A stretch of DNA of 64,000 bases from Gemmatimonadota bacterium (lineage in GTDB: Bacteria; Gemmatimonadota; Gemmatimonadetes; Gemmatimonadales; GWC2-71-9). The notes beneath the pieces were generated by a model that ran no database searches, was not told the DNA's origin, and saw only the letters and a list, made by a program, of their open reading frames with translations. The position numbers were made by a program, and so were the translations under genes. The DNA lies in NCBI GenBank assembly GCA_003221035.1, contig QHUB01000019.1, forward strand, positions 2,418 to 66,417, given 5' to 3'. Of this stretch, positions 31,034 through 39,755 are shown in pieces. Position 1 is the first letter of the stretch. Every line of letters starts with the position of its first letter.

Positions 31034-34000
31034 TGCCGTATCCGCCTTCCGATCTGGCGCAGTCGATCGACGAGCTGGAAAAGCACCTGCTCGCGACGTG
31101 GAAGCACGAGCGGTTGTTCACGCGCGTGAGCGAGGCGACGCGCTACGGTCCGCCGTTCATCTTCTTCGAGGGCCCGCCGACGGCGAACGGCCGCCCCGGC
31201 ATCCATCACGTCTTTTCGCGCACGCTGAAGGACCTGGTCTGCCGCTACCACGCGATGCTGGGGCAGGCGGTCACGCGTATCGCGGGATGGGACACGCACG
31301 GCCTGCCCGTCGAAATCGAAGTCGAGAAGGCCCTCAATATCAGCGGCAAGCGCGAGATCGAAGCGTACGGCGTCGAGCGCTTCAACAAGCTCTGCCGCGA
31401 GAGCGTGTTCAAGTACAAGACGGACTGGGAAGCGCTCTCGGACCGGATCGCGTACTGGCTCGACTACGAGCATCCGTATGTCACCTACAGCAACAACTAC
31501 ATCGAGACGGTGTGGTGGCTGCTGAAGCGGCTGTATGAGAAGGCGCTGCTGTTCCGCGGCCACAAGGTGCTGCCGTACTGCCCGCGCTGCGGCACGGCGT
31601 TGTCGTCGCACGAAGTGGCGCAAGGCTACGAGACGGTGCAGACCAACTCGGTCTACGTGACGTTTCCGCTGCTGGGCAGGAAGGGCGATACGCCGCGGGA
31701 GCTCGTGATCTGGACGACGACGCCCTGGACGCTCGTGTCGAACGTTGCGGTCGCGGTCGATCCCGATCTCGAGTACGGCGAATTCGCGCTGCCCAACCAG
31801 GACGGCCGGTCGACGAACTACATCGTCGCGCTGGCGCGCGCCGGCGACGTCCATCTGCACGGCAAGCCGCTGGTCGAGGGCGAACGGGTCAAGACGTTCG
31901 CGGGCCGGGAGCTGATCGGCAAAAAGTACGCGCGGCCGCTCGACGTCGTCACGTTGCCGCCGGACGGCCAGCGCGCCGTGGTCGTCGCTGGGGCATTCGT
32001 CAGCGCGGACGAAGGCACCGGGCTGGTCCACATGGCTCCCGCATTCGGCGCAGACGACTATCAAGTAGGCCAGCAAAACGGGCTCGCCTTCGTGAACCCG
32101 GTCGCGCTCGACGGCTCCTTCCGCGGCACGAGCTGGCCCGAGATCGAAGGCAAGCTCGTCACCGACAAGGAAACGAACCGGGTGATCATCGAGCGCCTCA
32201 AGCACGAGGGGCGTTGGCTCGAGACCAAACCATATTCGCACAGCTACCCCCATTGCTGGCGTTGCGACTCGCCGTTGATCTACTACGCCCGCAGCTCCTG
32301 GTTCGTGCGCACGACCGCCGTGAAAAGCCGGATGCTCGAGGTCAACGCCGAGGTCGATTGGCATCCGCCCGAGGTCGGCACGGGGCGCTTCGGCGAGTGG
32401 CTCGAGAACAACGTCGACTGGGCGCTGTCGCGCGACCGCTACTGGGGCACGCCGCTGAACGTGTGGGAGTGCGATGTCGACCGCGAGCATCGCGCAGTGA
32501 TCGGCTCGTACGACGAGCTGGCGCAGCGCTGGGGAAACAAGCTGCCCGGCGATTTCGATCCGCACAAACCCTACATCGATTCCTATACCTGGAAGTGCCG
32601 CGACTGCAGCGGCACGATGCGCCGCGTCCCCGAAGTCATCGACGCCTGGTTCGACTCGGGTTCGATGCCGTACGCGCAGTGGCATTACCCGTTCGACCAT
32701 CAGGCCGACTTCAAGGCGCATTTCCCGGCGGATTACATCTGCGAGGGCGTGGATCAAACCCGCGGCTGGTTCTACTCGCTGCTCGCGATCGGCGTCGCCG
32801 CATTCGACGCGCCGGTCTACAAGCACGTCATCGTGAACGAGCACGTGCTCGACGTGCACGGCCAGAAGATGTCGAAGAGCCGCGGCAACGTCGTCGATCC
32901 CTGGAAAGTCATCGGCGAGCACGGTGCCGACGCGGTGCGGCTCTATCTGCTCGGCCAGAGCCAGGTGTGGCTCCCCAAGCGGTTCGACGTGCGGCAGATC
33001 CCCGAGGTCGCCGGCGGATTTCTGAACACGCTGCGCTCGACCTACGATTTCTTCCGCCGCTACGCGCAGGACTGGAATCCGCCCGCGGAAGAGGATGCGA
33101 CCCCCCCGGCCGAGCGCCCGGCCGCCGACCGGTGGCTCCTGGCGCGGCTCGACCAGGTCGTCACCGCGGTGCGAGACGCGTGGTCGGCCTACGACGTCAC
33201 GGCGGGCGTTCGCGCCATCATGGATTTCGTCGGCGAGGATCTCTCGCGTTGGTACATTCGCCGCAACCGTCCCCGGTTTTGGGCGCCCGACCGGGCGACC
33301 GATCCCGTTGCGCTCGAGACATTGCACGAGGCCCTGGTGGCGGCGGTGCGACTCCTGGCCCCGGCGGCTCCCTTCATCTCCGACTGGGTACACCGGGCCC
33401 TGACCGGCACGTCGGTGCACCTGGCACCGTTCCCGGTCGACCGGGGTCACCGCGAGCCCGAGCTCCTGTCCGCGATGGATACCGTGCGGCGCCTGGCCTC
33501 GCTGGCGCGGGCGGCACGGGAATCGCGGACCCTGCGGGTCCGCCAGCCGCTGGCCCGGATGCAGCTGGCCGTCCCGGCCGCCGTCCAGGGTCCGGCCTTG
33601 TCCGACCTATTAGATATCTTGGCTGCCGAAGTCAACGTAAAAAGCGTTCAGGTCGTGGCGTCCGATCATGATCTGGTGCGGCTCCGGGGCAAAGCGAATT
33701 TTCGGACCCTCGGAAAACGCTACGGGAAAGACACGCCGCGGGCCGCTGCCGCCGTCGGCGATCTGACGGCGGCGCAGTTGCAGGCGCTCGAGCAGGGTCA
33801 GGCGGTCAAGAGCGGCGAGTGGGAGTTCCGGCCGGAGGATGTGACCGTCACGCGCGAAGTCGCGAGCGAGTGGCTGGTGCAGGCCGACGGGCCGTACGTC
33901 GTCGCGCTCGATCCCGAGCTGAGTGACGACCTGGTGCAGGAAGGATTGGCGCGCGAGGTGGTGAATCGCGTGCAGCGCCTCCGCAAAGAGGCCGGGTACG

Positions 34001-34221
34001 AATACACGACGCGAATCGAGTTGAGCATCACGGGCGCCGAGGATGTGGTCGCCGCGACTCGCGCGTTTCAGGGGTTCGTGGAAGGCGAGACGCTTGCGCG
34101 GCGGATGGTGTTGGGCGCCGCGCTCGACGAGCCCGATTTGCAGCGTGACGTAGACATCGAGGGACGGCGGACGACGATTGCGCTCCGCCGTCACGACGGA
34201 AGAAAGGGCGGAACCCGATAA
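31033..34221 (+). CDS. ileS: isoleucine--tRNA ligase (long, type-2-like form)
   Basis: GPPTANGRPGIHHV (HIGH) and KMSKSRGN (KMSKS). CP1 editing domain present. 1062 aa. Confidence 0.98.
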   Translation: MPYPPSDLAQSIDELEKHLLATWKHERLFTRVSEATRYGPPFIFFEGPPTANGRPGIHHVFSRTLKDLVCRYHAMLGQAVTRIAGWDTHGLPVEIEVEKALNISGKREIEAYGVERFNKLCRESVFKYKTDWEALSDRIAYWLDYEHPYVTYSNNYIETVWWLLKRLYEKALLFRGHKVLPYCPRCGTALSSHEVAQGYETVQTNSVYVTFPLLGRKGDTPRELVIWTTTPWTLVSNVAVAVDPDLEYGEFALPNQDGRSTNYIVALARAGDVHLHGKPLVEGERVKTFAGRELIGKKYARPLDVVTLPPDGQRAVVVAGAFVSADEGTGLVHMAPAFGADDYQVGQQNGLAFVNPVALDGSFRGTSWPEIEGKLVTDKETNRVIIERLKHEGRWLETKPYSHSYPHCWRCDSPLIYYARSSWFVRTTAVKSRMLEVNAEVDWHPPEVGTGRFGEWLENNVDWALSRDRYWGTPLNVWECDVDREHRAVIGSYDELAQRWGNKLPGDFDPHKPYIDSYTWKCRDCSGTMRRVPEVIDAWFDSGSMPYAQWHYPFDHQADFKAHFPADYICEGVDQTRGWFYSLLAIGVAAFDAPVYKHVIVNEHVLDVHGQKMSKSRGNVVDPWKVIGEHGADAVRLYLLGQSQVWLPKRFDVRQIPEVAGGFLNTLRSTYDFFRRYAQDWNPPAEEDATPPAERPAADRWLLARLDQVVTAVRDAWSAYDVTAGVRAIMDFVGEDLSRWYIRRNRPRFWAPDRATDPVALETLHEALVAAVRLLAPAAPFISDWVHRALTGTSVHLAPFPVDRGHREPELLSAMDTVRRLASLARAARESRTLRVRQPLARMQLAVPAAVQGPALSDLLDILAAEVNVKSVQVVASDHDLVRLRGKANFRTLGKRYGKDTPRAAAAVGDLTAAQLQALEQGQAVKSGEWEFRPEDVTVTREVASEWLVQADGPYVVALDPELSDDLVQEGLAREVVNRVQRLRKEAGYEYTTRIELSITGAEDVVAATRAFQGFVEGETLARRMVLGAALDEPDLQRDVDIEGRRTTIALRRHDGRKGGTR

Positions 34222-34652
34222 TGCCGACTAAGTCCACCAAGGTGAAGGCCAAGGCGAGCCCCAGCGGCCTCAACAAGAAGCAGTTGACCCATCTCGAGAA
34301 GCGGCTGCTGGAAGAGCGCGCCCGCGTCATCAAAGAGCTGGGTCATTACGGCGAATCGTTCAACTCGAGCCTCCAGGCGTCCGATGGCGACCTGTCGAGC
34401 TACTCCTTCCACATGGCCGATCAGGGCACCGACGCGATGGAGCGCGAGAAGCAGTTTCTGTTCGCGTCGCAGGAAGGGCGGTACCTCTGGCACGTGAACG
34501 AAGCGCTGCGCCGGCTCTACAAGGCGCCGGAGAAATTCGGCCGCTGCGAGCAGTGCGGCGAATCCATCGGCTTCGATCGTCTCGACGCGCTCCCCCATGC
34601 CCGCCTCTGCATTAAGTGCAAGGCCCGAGAGGAAGATGGTAAGCGCCGCTGA
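34221..34652 (+). CDS. TraR/DksA family zinc-finger transcriptional regulator
   Basis: Coiled-coil N-terminus. C4 finger CEQCGESIGFDRLDALPHARLCIKC. Confidence 0.88.
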   Translation: MPTKSTKVKAKASPSGLNKKQLTHLEKRLLEERARVIKELGHYGESFNSSLQASDGDLSSYSFHMADQGTDAMEREKQFLFASQEGRYLWHVNEALRRLYKAPEKFGRCEQCGESIGFDRLDALPHARLCIKCKAREEDGKRR

Positions 34653-35154
34653 GCGCCGGCTGTTCTGGGGGACGGCCGTCGCCGTGGTCGTGTCCGATTT
34701 CGTCACCAAGCTGATCGCCGAATCGTTCCTGGCGCGCCGCCTGCCGCTGCCCGTGATCGGCGATGTCGTCCAATTCCGTCTCGTCTACAACGAAGGCGCC
34801 GCCTTCGGGCTGCACGTCGGCGAGAACTCCCGCTGGATTTTCCTCGGGCTCGCCGTCATCGCGCTGTTCGTCCTCGCATCGCTGGTGCGCAGCACCAGGC
34901 CGGGTGACCACTTCCGGCTCGTCGCGCTCGCGCTGGTGTGCGGTGGCGCGGTGGGCAACCTGATCGACCGCGTCCGCAGCGCGCAGGGCGTCGTCGATTT
35001 CGTGGACGTCGGCGTGGGCGCGTGGCGCTGGCCGACGTTCAACGTGGCCGATTCCGCGATTACGATCGGCGCCATCGCGCTCGGCCTCTCGCTGTGGCAG
35101 GAAGGCCGCGCGCAGCAGCGGGCGAAGGAGGCGCGCGCCGCCGAACCTTCTTGA
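34636..35154 (+). CDS. lspA: signal peptidase II
   Basis: FRLVYNEGAAFG and GGAVGNLIDR...VDF. Follows ileS as in many bacteria. Confidence 0.92.
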   Translation: MVSAAERRLFWGTAVAVVVSDFVTKLIAESFLARRLPLPVIGDVVQFRLVYNEGAAFGLHVGENSRWIFLGLAVIALFVLASLVRSTRPGDHFRLVALALVCGGAVGNLIDRVRSAQGVVDFVDVGVGAWRWPTFNVADSAITIGAIALGLSLWQEGRAQQRAKEARAAEPS

Positions 35155-36155
35155 ACATCACGTTCTGCGTTGTTCGCACCACGGAACGCCTCGACCGTTT
35201 TCTCGCCGATCAGCTCGCTTTTTCCCGCACTCAAGCAGCACGCCTCATCGCCGACAAGCGGGTGACTGCACGCGGCAAGGCGTTGCGGGCGTCCGCCATC
35301 CTCGAACCGGGCACGGAAGTCACCGTCGAAATCCCCGACGCACACCCGCCGCGCAGCTACGCGCCGGCCCACGCCGTTCTGCATTTCGTCTACGAGGACG
35401 AGCATCTCGCCGTGCTCGACAAGCCCGCGGGCCTCGTCGTGCACCCGGGGCCGGGTCATTGGGATGATACGCTCGTCAACGTGCTCGCCGGTCGCGGGAC
35501 CGAATTGTCGAGCGGCTCGAGCGAGGGACGGCCGGGCATCGTCCACCGGCTCGATCGCGATACCTCCGGCCTGCTCGTCGTCGCCAAGAGCGATCTCGCG
35601 CACCGGCGGCTCGCGACCGCCATCGAAAAGCGGCAGGTGAAACGCGTCTACGCGGCGCTCGTGTGGGGCCATTTGCGCAAGAGTCCCGTGGACATCGAAG
35701 CCCCGATCGCCCGGCACCCGAAAGAGCGCAAGCGGATGACCGTCGCGGAAGGCGGCAGGCATGCCGTCACGCACGCCGGCGTCGTCGCGCGCTTCGCGCA
35801 CGCCGACTTGCTGCGCGTTCGACTCGGCACCGGCCGCACCCATCAGATTCGCGTGCATCTGGCGCACGTTGGATGTCCAATCGTCGGCGACCGCGAATAT
35901 GCGTTTGGGGGGAGCCGGCGCGTCACACCGTCGGGGCGCGCCGAAGCTGAGCGGCTCGAAGCGCTCGCGCCGCGGCAGTTGCTGCACGCCGCCGCGCTCT
36001 CGTTTGCGCATCCGGTCAGCGGCGCGCCGCTCCAGCTCGTGTCGGAATGGCCGGCGGACTTGCGTCCCGCGCTGGCGGAAGCGGCCGGAGACGCAGATTT
36101 GCTTGCTCAGGTTAACCCCTTGCAGTATCTTGGCTTCTTCGCATCCGATGATTGA
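35151..36155 (+). CDS. rluD: RluA-family 23S rRNA pseudouridine synthase (RluD-like)
   Basis: S4 domain (RLDRFLA) and catalytic HRLDRDTSGLLVVAK. The TTG at 35151 overlaps the lspA stop, so the start is uncertain. Confidence 0.88.
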   Translation: MNITFCVVRTTERLDRFLADQLAFSRTQAARLIADKRVTARGKALRASAILEPGTEVTVEIPDAHPPRSYAPAHAVLHFVYEDEHLAVLDKPAGLVVHPGPGHWDDTLVNVLAGRGTELSSGSSEGRPGIVHRLDRDTSGLLVVAKSDLAHRRLATAIEKRQVKRVYAALVWGHLRKSPVDIEAPIARHPKERKRMTVAEGGRHAVTHAGVVARFAHADLLRVRLGTGRTHQIRVHLAHVGCPIVGDREYAFGGSRRVTPSGRAEAERLEALAPRQLLHAAALSFAHPVSGAPLQLVSEWPADLRPALAEAAGDADLLAQVNPLQYLGFFASDD

Positions 36156-36684
36156 CGGAAGCCTCGTCTCCGCCCGCCTCCTGGTGTTCCGCGTCGGGAC
36201 ACTGGCGTGGGCAGCCGAGGTGGATCAAGTGCGGGAGATTCTCCCGCGCCTCCCAACGACGCGTATCCCGGGCGCGCCCCCGGTCGTGGCGGGGCTCGTG
36301 AATGTCCGCGGCACACTGGTGACGGTCGTGGAAGGCTGGCGTGCGCTTGCCCCCACCGAGACCTCCCAGCCAAGACCGCCCGAAGACGCGGGTTCGACAC
36401 TCATCCTCGAGGTCGCGTCCGGCAACGGCACGAAGGACGGCAGCGGCAAGAAGCTGGTCGGCTTTACGGTGGACGAAGTGATCGACATGGTAGCGGTGGG
36501 TGACACGACGCTCGAAGATCGTGGTGGTCTTCCCGGCGTGGATCCCACGCTGGTACGCGCCGTCGGGCGACGTAACCGGCCAGGCGGGGCGGGCGGAGGG
36601 GCCGGGGGGGGCGGGGAAAGCGGCAAGGATCTGTTCATTGTGCTGGACCTCGCCGCGCTGCTGGGGCCGGTTCTGACTACTTAA
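36148..36684 (+). CDS. cheW: CheW-like coupling protein with Gly-rich insertion
   Basis: LLVFRVGTLAWAAEVDQVREILP...PPVVAGLVNVRGTLVTVV. The ATG lies 8 nt inside the rluD 3' end. Confidence 0.85.
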   Translation: MIDGSLVSARLLVFRVGTLAWAAEVDQVREILPRLPTTRIPGAPPVVAGLVNVRGTLVTVVEGWRALAPTETSQPRPPEDAGSTLILEVASGNGTKDGSGKKLVGFTVDEVIDMVAVGDTTLEDRGGLPGVDPTLVRAVGRRNRPGGAGGGAGGGGESGKDLFIVLDLAALLGPVLTT

Positions 36685-36694
36685 GGAGCGAGCA

Positions 36695-37057
36695 GTGAGC
36701 CATACGGTGCTGGTGTGTGACGATGCCATCTTCATGCGCACGATGATTACCGACATCCTGGCGCAAGCGGGATTCGAAGTCGTCGGCGAGGCGGAGACCG
36801 GCACGCAGGCCGTCGAAAAATATCGCCAGCTCAAGCCGGACCTCGTCACCATGGACATCGTGATGCCGGACATGGGTGGCATCGACGCCGTCCGCGAGAT
36901 CGTGAAGCAGGATCCCGACGCGAAAATCCTGATGTGCAGCGCCATGGGCCAGCAGGCGTTGGTCGTCGAGGCGATCCAGGCGGGTGCCAAGGATTTTGTG
37001 GTGAAGCCGTTCCAGCCGTCGCGGGTGCTGGAAGCGGTGCAGCGGGTCTTGGGCTAA
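36695..37057 (+). CDS. cheY: chemotaxis response regulator CheY
   Basis: Single REC domain with acidic pocket VCDDA, phospho-site VTMDIVMP, and DFVVKPF. Confidence 0.93.
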   Translation: MSHTVLVCDDAIFMRTMITDILAQAGFEVVGEAETGTQAVEKYRQLKPDLVTMDIVMPDMGGIDAVREIVKQDPDAKILMCSAMGQQALVVEAIQAGAKDFVVKPFQPSRVLEAVQRVLG

Positions 37058-39043
37058 ATGGACCTTTCGCAGTACGCCGAGCTGTTCCTGGCCGAGAGCC
37101 GCGAGCACTTGAGCGCCTGCAATCAGTTGTTGCTCGAGTGGGAGCGGAACCCGGCAGCGCTCCAGCCGGTCGGCGGGCTGTTCCGCGCCGTCCATACGAT
37201 CAAGGGCATGGCCGCGACCATGGGCTACGGCCGCGTCGCCGACCTCGCGCATCGCATGGAGAATCTCCTCGACCAGCTGCGCCGCGGCGGCAAGACTCCC
37301 AGCGACGAAATCATCCAACTGCTCTTCCGGGCGACCGACGCGCTCGAGAAATCGGTGACGGTGGCCGTCGCGGGGCGCGAGCGTGATGCCGACCTCAGCG
37401 TGCTCGAGGCCATCGACGATGCGGCGCTGCAGTTCAGGCCGGCGGCGCAGCCCAGTGGGCTGGCGCGTCTGCGGCCGGAGCCTGCGCCCGCTCCCGCCGA
37501 CGAGCCGAGTTCATCGGCGCCGCAGGTTTCCGCCGATGCCACGAAGTCGGGACCGACACGAGCCGTGCACGTGGTGATTCGACCGGAGGCGCCGTTGAAG
37601 GGCGGCCGGGCGATGCTCGTGCTGAAAAAGGCTGAGCGCTTCGGCGCCGTGCACCGGCTGCAGCCGCCGTCCGCGGCGTTCGAATCCGACGATTTCGACG
37701 GCCGGCTGGAGTTCGAGCTCGAGACGTCCGCCGCCCCGAGCGACATCGAACAGGCGCTGCGAGGCGCGGGCGACGTCGAGCGGGTCGTGGTCGGGGCTGC
37801 CGCCATCGACGAGGCTGTGATCACCACGGGCGAGATCCCGGTGACCGGTGCGCCGAATCCCGCGGGAGGAGCCGGCGGTGGCGCACGCAGTCGCCACATC
37901 CGCGTCGACCTGCGGCGGCTCGATACGCTGATGGACCTCATTGGTGAGCTCGTGACCGAGCGCGGCCGTCTCAACGATCTGGCGGCTCGCTGGATCGGCC
38001 GCGGTGGCGATCCCGAGATCGACGACGTCGCGATTCAGATCTCGCGGCTTTCCGCCGACCTGCAAAACGAAATCATCCAGGCGCGCATGACCCCGGTGTG
38101 GCAGGTGTTCGATCGGTTCCCCCGGCTCGTGCGCGATGTCGGGCGACAGCTCGGCAAGCAGGTGTCCTTCCGCGTCGAAGGGAAGGAGATCGAGCTCGAT
38201 CGCGAGATCCTCGACGAGCTCGGCGATCCACTCGTGCACTTGCTCCGCAACGCGGTCGATCACGGCATCGAGCCGCCGGCCGAGCGCAAGCGGCTGAAAA
38301 AGAATCCCGAGGGGGAGATCGTGCTCGCGGCCGTACGCGAGCGGTCCAGCGTCGCGATCAGCATCTCGGATGACGGCCGCGGCATCGACCGTGCGAAGAT
38401 TCTGGAGAAGGCGAAGCGCGAGGGCGTGGTCGGACCGCACGTCGAATCGCTCTCGGACGATCAGTTGCTGCGCGTGCTGGCGCGCCCGGGATTCTCGACC
38501 GCGGAGGCCGTGACCAGCGTATCCGGGCGCGGCGTCGGGATCGACGTCGCCATGACGCGCATCCGGGCGCTCGGCGGCTCGATCGAGATTCGCACCCAGG
38601 CGGGGAAGGGCACCGCGTTCGTGCTCCGGCTGCCCGTCACGCTCGCGATCGTGCGCGCGCTGATCGCGGCGGTGGGACAGGAGCGCTACGCGTTGCCGCT
38701 CACCTACGTGGCGGAAACGGTGGAGTACGGGACGACTCCGACGACGACGATGGAAGGGCGCGATGCGATCGTGCTGCGCGACCGCGTCGTGCCCCTCGTG
38801 GATCTTCGGAAGCTTCTGGGAACAAACGGCGCCGCCGCTTCGCCCCCCCCTCGCCGCCCCGTCATTGTCTTGGAGATGGGTGAGCGACGCGTGGGGATCG
38901 TCGTGGACGGGATGCTGAGCCAGCAGGAGATCGTCGTGAAGGGGTTCGATGCCCCTCAGGGCACATTGCCGGTGTTCAGTGGAGCCACCATCATGGGCGA
39001 TGGCGTGCCCGCGCTGATCCTGGATGCGGCGGGACTGGTTTAG
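37058..39043 (+). CDS. cheA: chemotaxis histidine kinase CheA
   Basis: Hpt P1 (FRAVHTIKGMAATMG), dimerisation, HATPase (HLLRNAVDHGIE, DDGRGID, GRGVGID) and a C-terminal CheW-like P5. Confidence 0.96.
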   Translation: MDLSQYAELFLAESREHLSACNQLLLEWERNPAALQPVGGLFRAVHTIKGMAATMGYGRVADLAHRMENLLDQLRRGGKTPSDEIIQLLFRATDALEKSVTVAVAGRERDADLSVLEAIDDAALQFRPAAQPSGLARLRPEPAPAPADEPSSSAPQVSADATKSGPTRAVHVVIRPEAPLKGGRAMLVLKKAERFGAVHRLQPPSAAFESDDFDGRLEFELETSAAPSDIEQALRGAGDVERVVVGAAAIDEAVITTGEIPVTGAPNPAGGAGGGARSRHIRVDLRRLDTLMDLIGELVTERGRLNDLAARWIGRGGDPEIDDVAIQISRLSADLQNEIIQARMTPVWQVFDRFPRLVRDVGRQLGKQVSFRVEGKEIELDREILDELGDPLVHLLRNAVDHGIEPPAERKRLKKNPEGEIVLAAVRERSSVAISISDDGRGIDRAKILEKAKREGVVGPHVESLSDDQLLRVLARPGFSTAEAVTSVSGRGVGIDVAMTRIRALGGSIEIRTQAGKGTAFVLRLPVTLAIVRALIAAVGQERYALPLTYVAETVEYGTTPTTTMEGRDAIVLRDRVVPLVDLRKLLGTNGAAASPPPRRPVIVLEMGERRVGIVVDGMLSQQEIVVKGFDAPQGTLPVFSGATIMGDGVPALILDAAGLV

Positions 39044-39049
39044 GACTCG

Positions 39050-39129
39050 GATTTCACACCCTGAAGGGTGTGCTCGGCACATCGTTGTCCTTAAGGACAA
39101 TGCTGGTCGAGCCTACGCTTTAGCGTGGG
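39050..39129. repeat. REP-like structured intergenic repeat, copy B (three adjacent hairpins) between cheA and cheC
   Basis: cacaccc-tgaa-gggtgtg (39055-39072), ttgtcc-ttaa-ggacaa (39085-39100) and cctacgc-ttta-gcgtggg (39112-39129). The first two are homologous to 547-595. Confidence 0.7.
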
Positions 39130-39135
39130 GGGACA

Positions 39136-39753
39136 ATGGAAGACGTCCGTGATCTGAAGGCGCTGCAGCTCGACGCGCTCAAGGAAGTCGCCAACATCGG
39201 CGCGGGCCACGCCGCGACGGCGCTGTCGCAGCTCACGCACCGGCGCATCATGATTTCGGTGCCCGAGATCAACATCGCTCGCCTCGAAGAGGTGCCCGGG
39301 CTGATCGGCGATTCCCAGGAAGTCGTCGCCGCGGTCCTCATGCACATGCTGGGCGATCTCACGGGCCGCACGCTGCTGCTGTTTCCGGAGCCGGTGGCGC
39401 GGCAGCTCTGCGACATGCTGCTGAAACGTCCGCTCGGCACGACCACGTCGTTCGAAACGATCGAGCAGTCGTGTCTCAAGGAAGCGGGCAACATCCTCTC
39501 GGGCGCCTACATGAACGCGTTGTCGGAGTTCATGGGGATGTTGCTGCTGCCGTCGGTTCCCAGCCTGGTCGTGGATCTTTCGGCCGCCGTGCTCACGACG
39601 ACGTATCTGAATTTCGGGCACGATCGCGATTTCGTGTTTTGCGTCGAGACGGAGTTCAGCATCGATGCGCGGGACGGTCTGCGCGGCCATTTCCTGCTGT
39701 TGCCCGACCTGGCGTCTCTCAAAGCGATCTTCGACGCCATCCGGCTGAGCTGA
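39136..39753 (+). CDS. cheC: CheC-family CheY-P phosphatase
   Basis: Two D/S-x3-E-x2-N-x22-P sites: DALKEVANIGAGHAATALSQLTHRRIMISVP and SCLKEAGNILSGAYMNALSEFMGMLLLPSVP. Confidence 0.88.
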   Translation: MEDVRDLKALQLDALKEVANIGAGHAATALSQLTHRRIMISVPEINIARLEEVPGLIGDSQEVVAAVLMHMLGDLTGRTLLLFPEPVARQLCDMLLKRPLGTTTSFETIEQSCLKEAGNILSGAYMNALSEFMGMLLLPSVPSLVVDLSAAVLTTTYLNFGHDRDFVFCVETEFSIDARDGLRGHFLLLPDLASLKAIFDAIRLS

Positions 39754-39755
39754 GC

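Noticed and set aside
30877-33450. 857-aa ORF on the - strand.
   Set aside because: It is exactly antisense to ileS, which has unambiguous HIGH and KMSKS motifs. The translation is Arg/Ala/Pro/Gly-rich with no recognisable domain, which is typical of a high-GC shadow ORF.
36604-36611. Homopolymeric G8 tract in cheW. There is also a G8 at 9761-9768 in nnr and a C8 at 38843-38850 in cheA. I considered these as possible phase-variation switches.
   Set aside because: At this G+C content, a handful of 8-nt G or C runs in 64 kb is at or below random expectation. They encode plausible Gly/Pro stretches in frame. There is no evidence of length heterogeneity from a single sequence.
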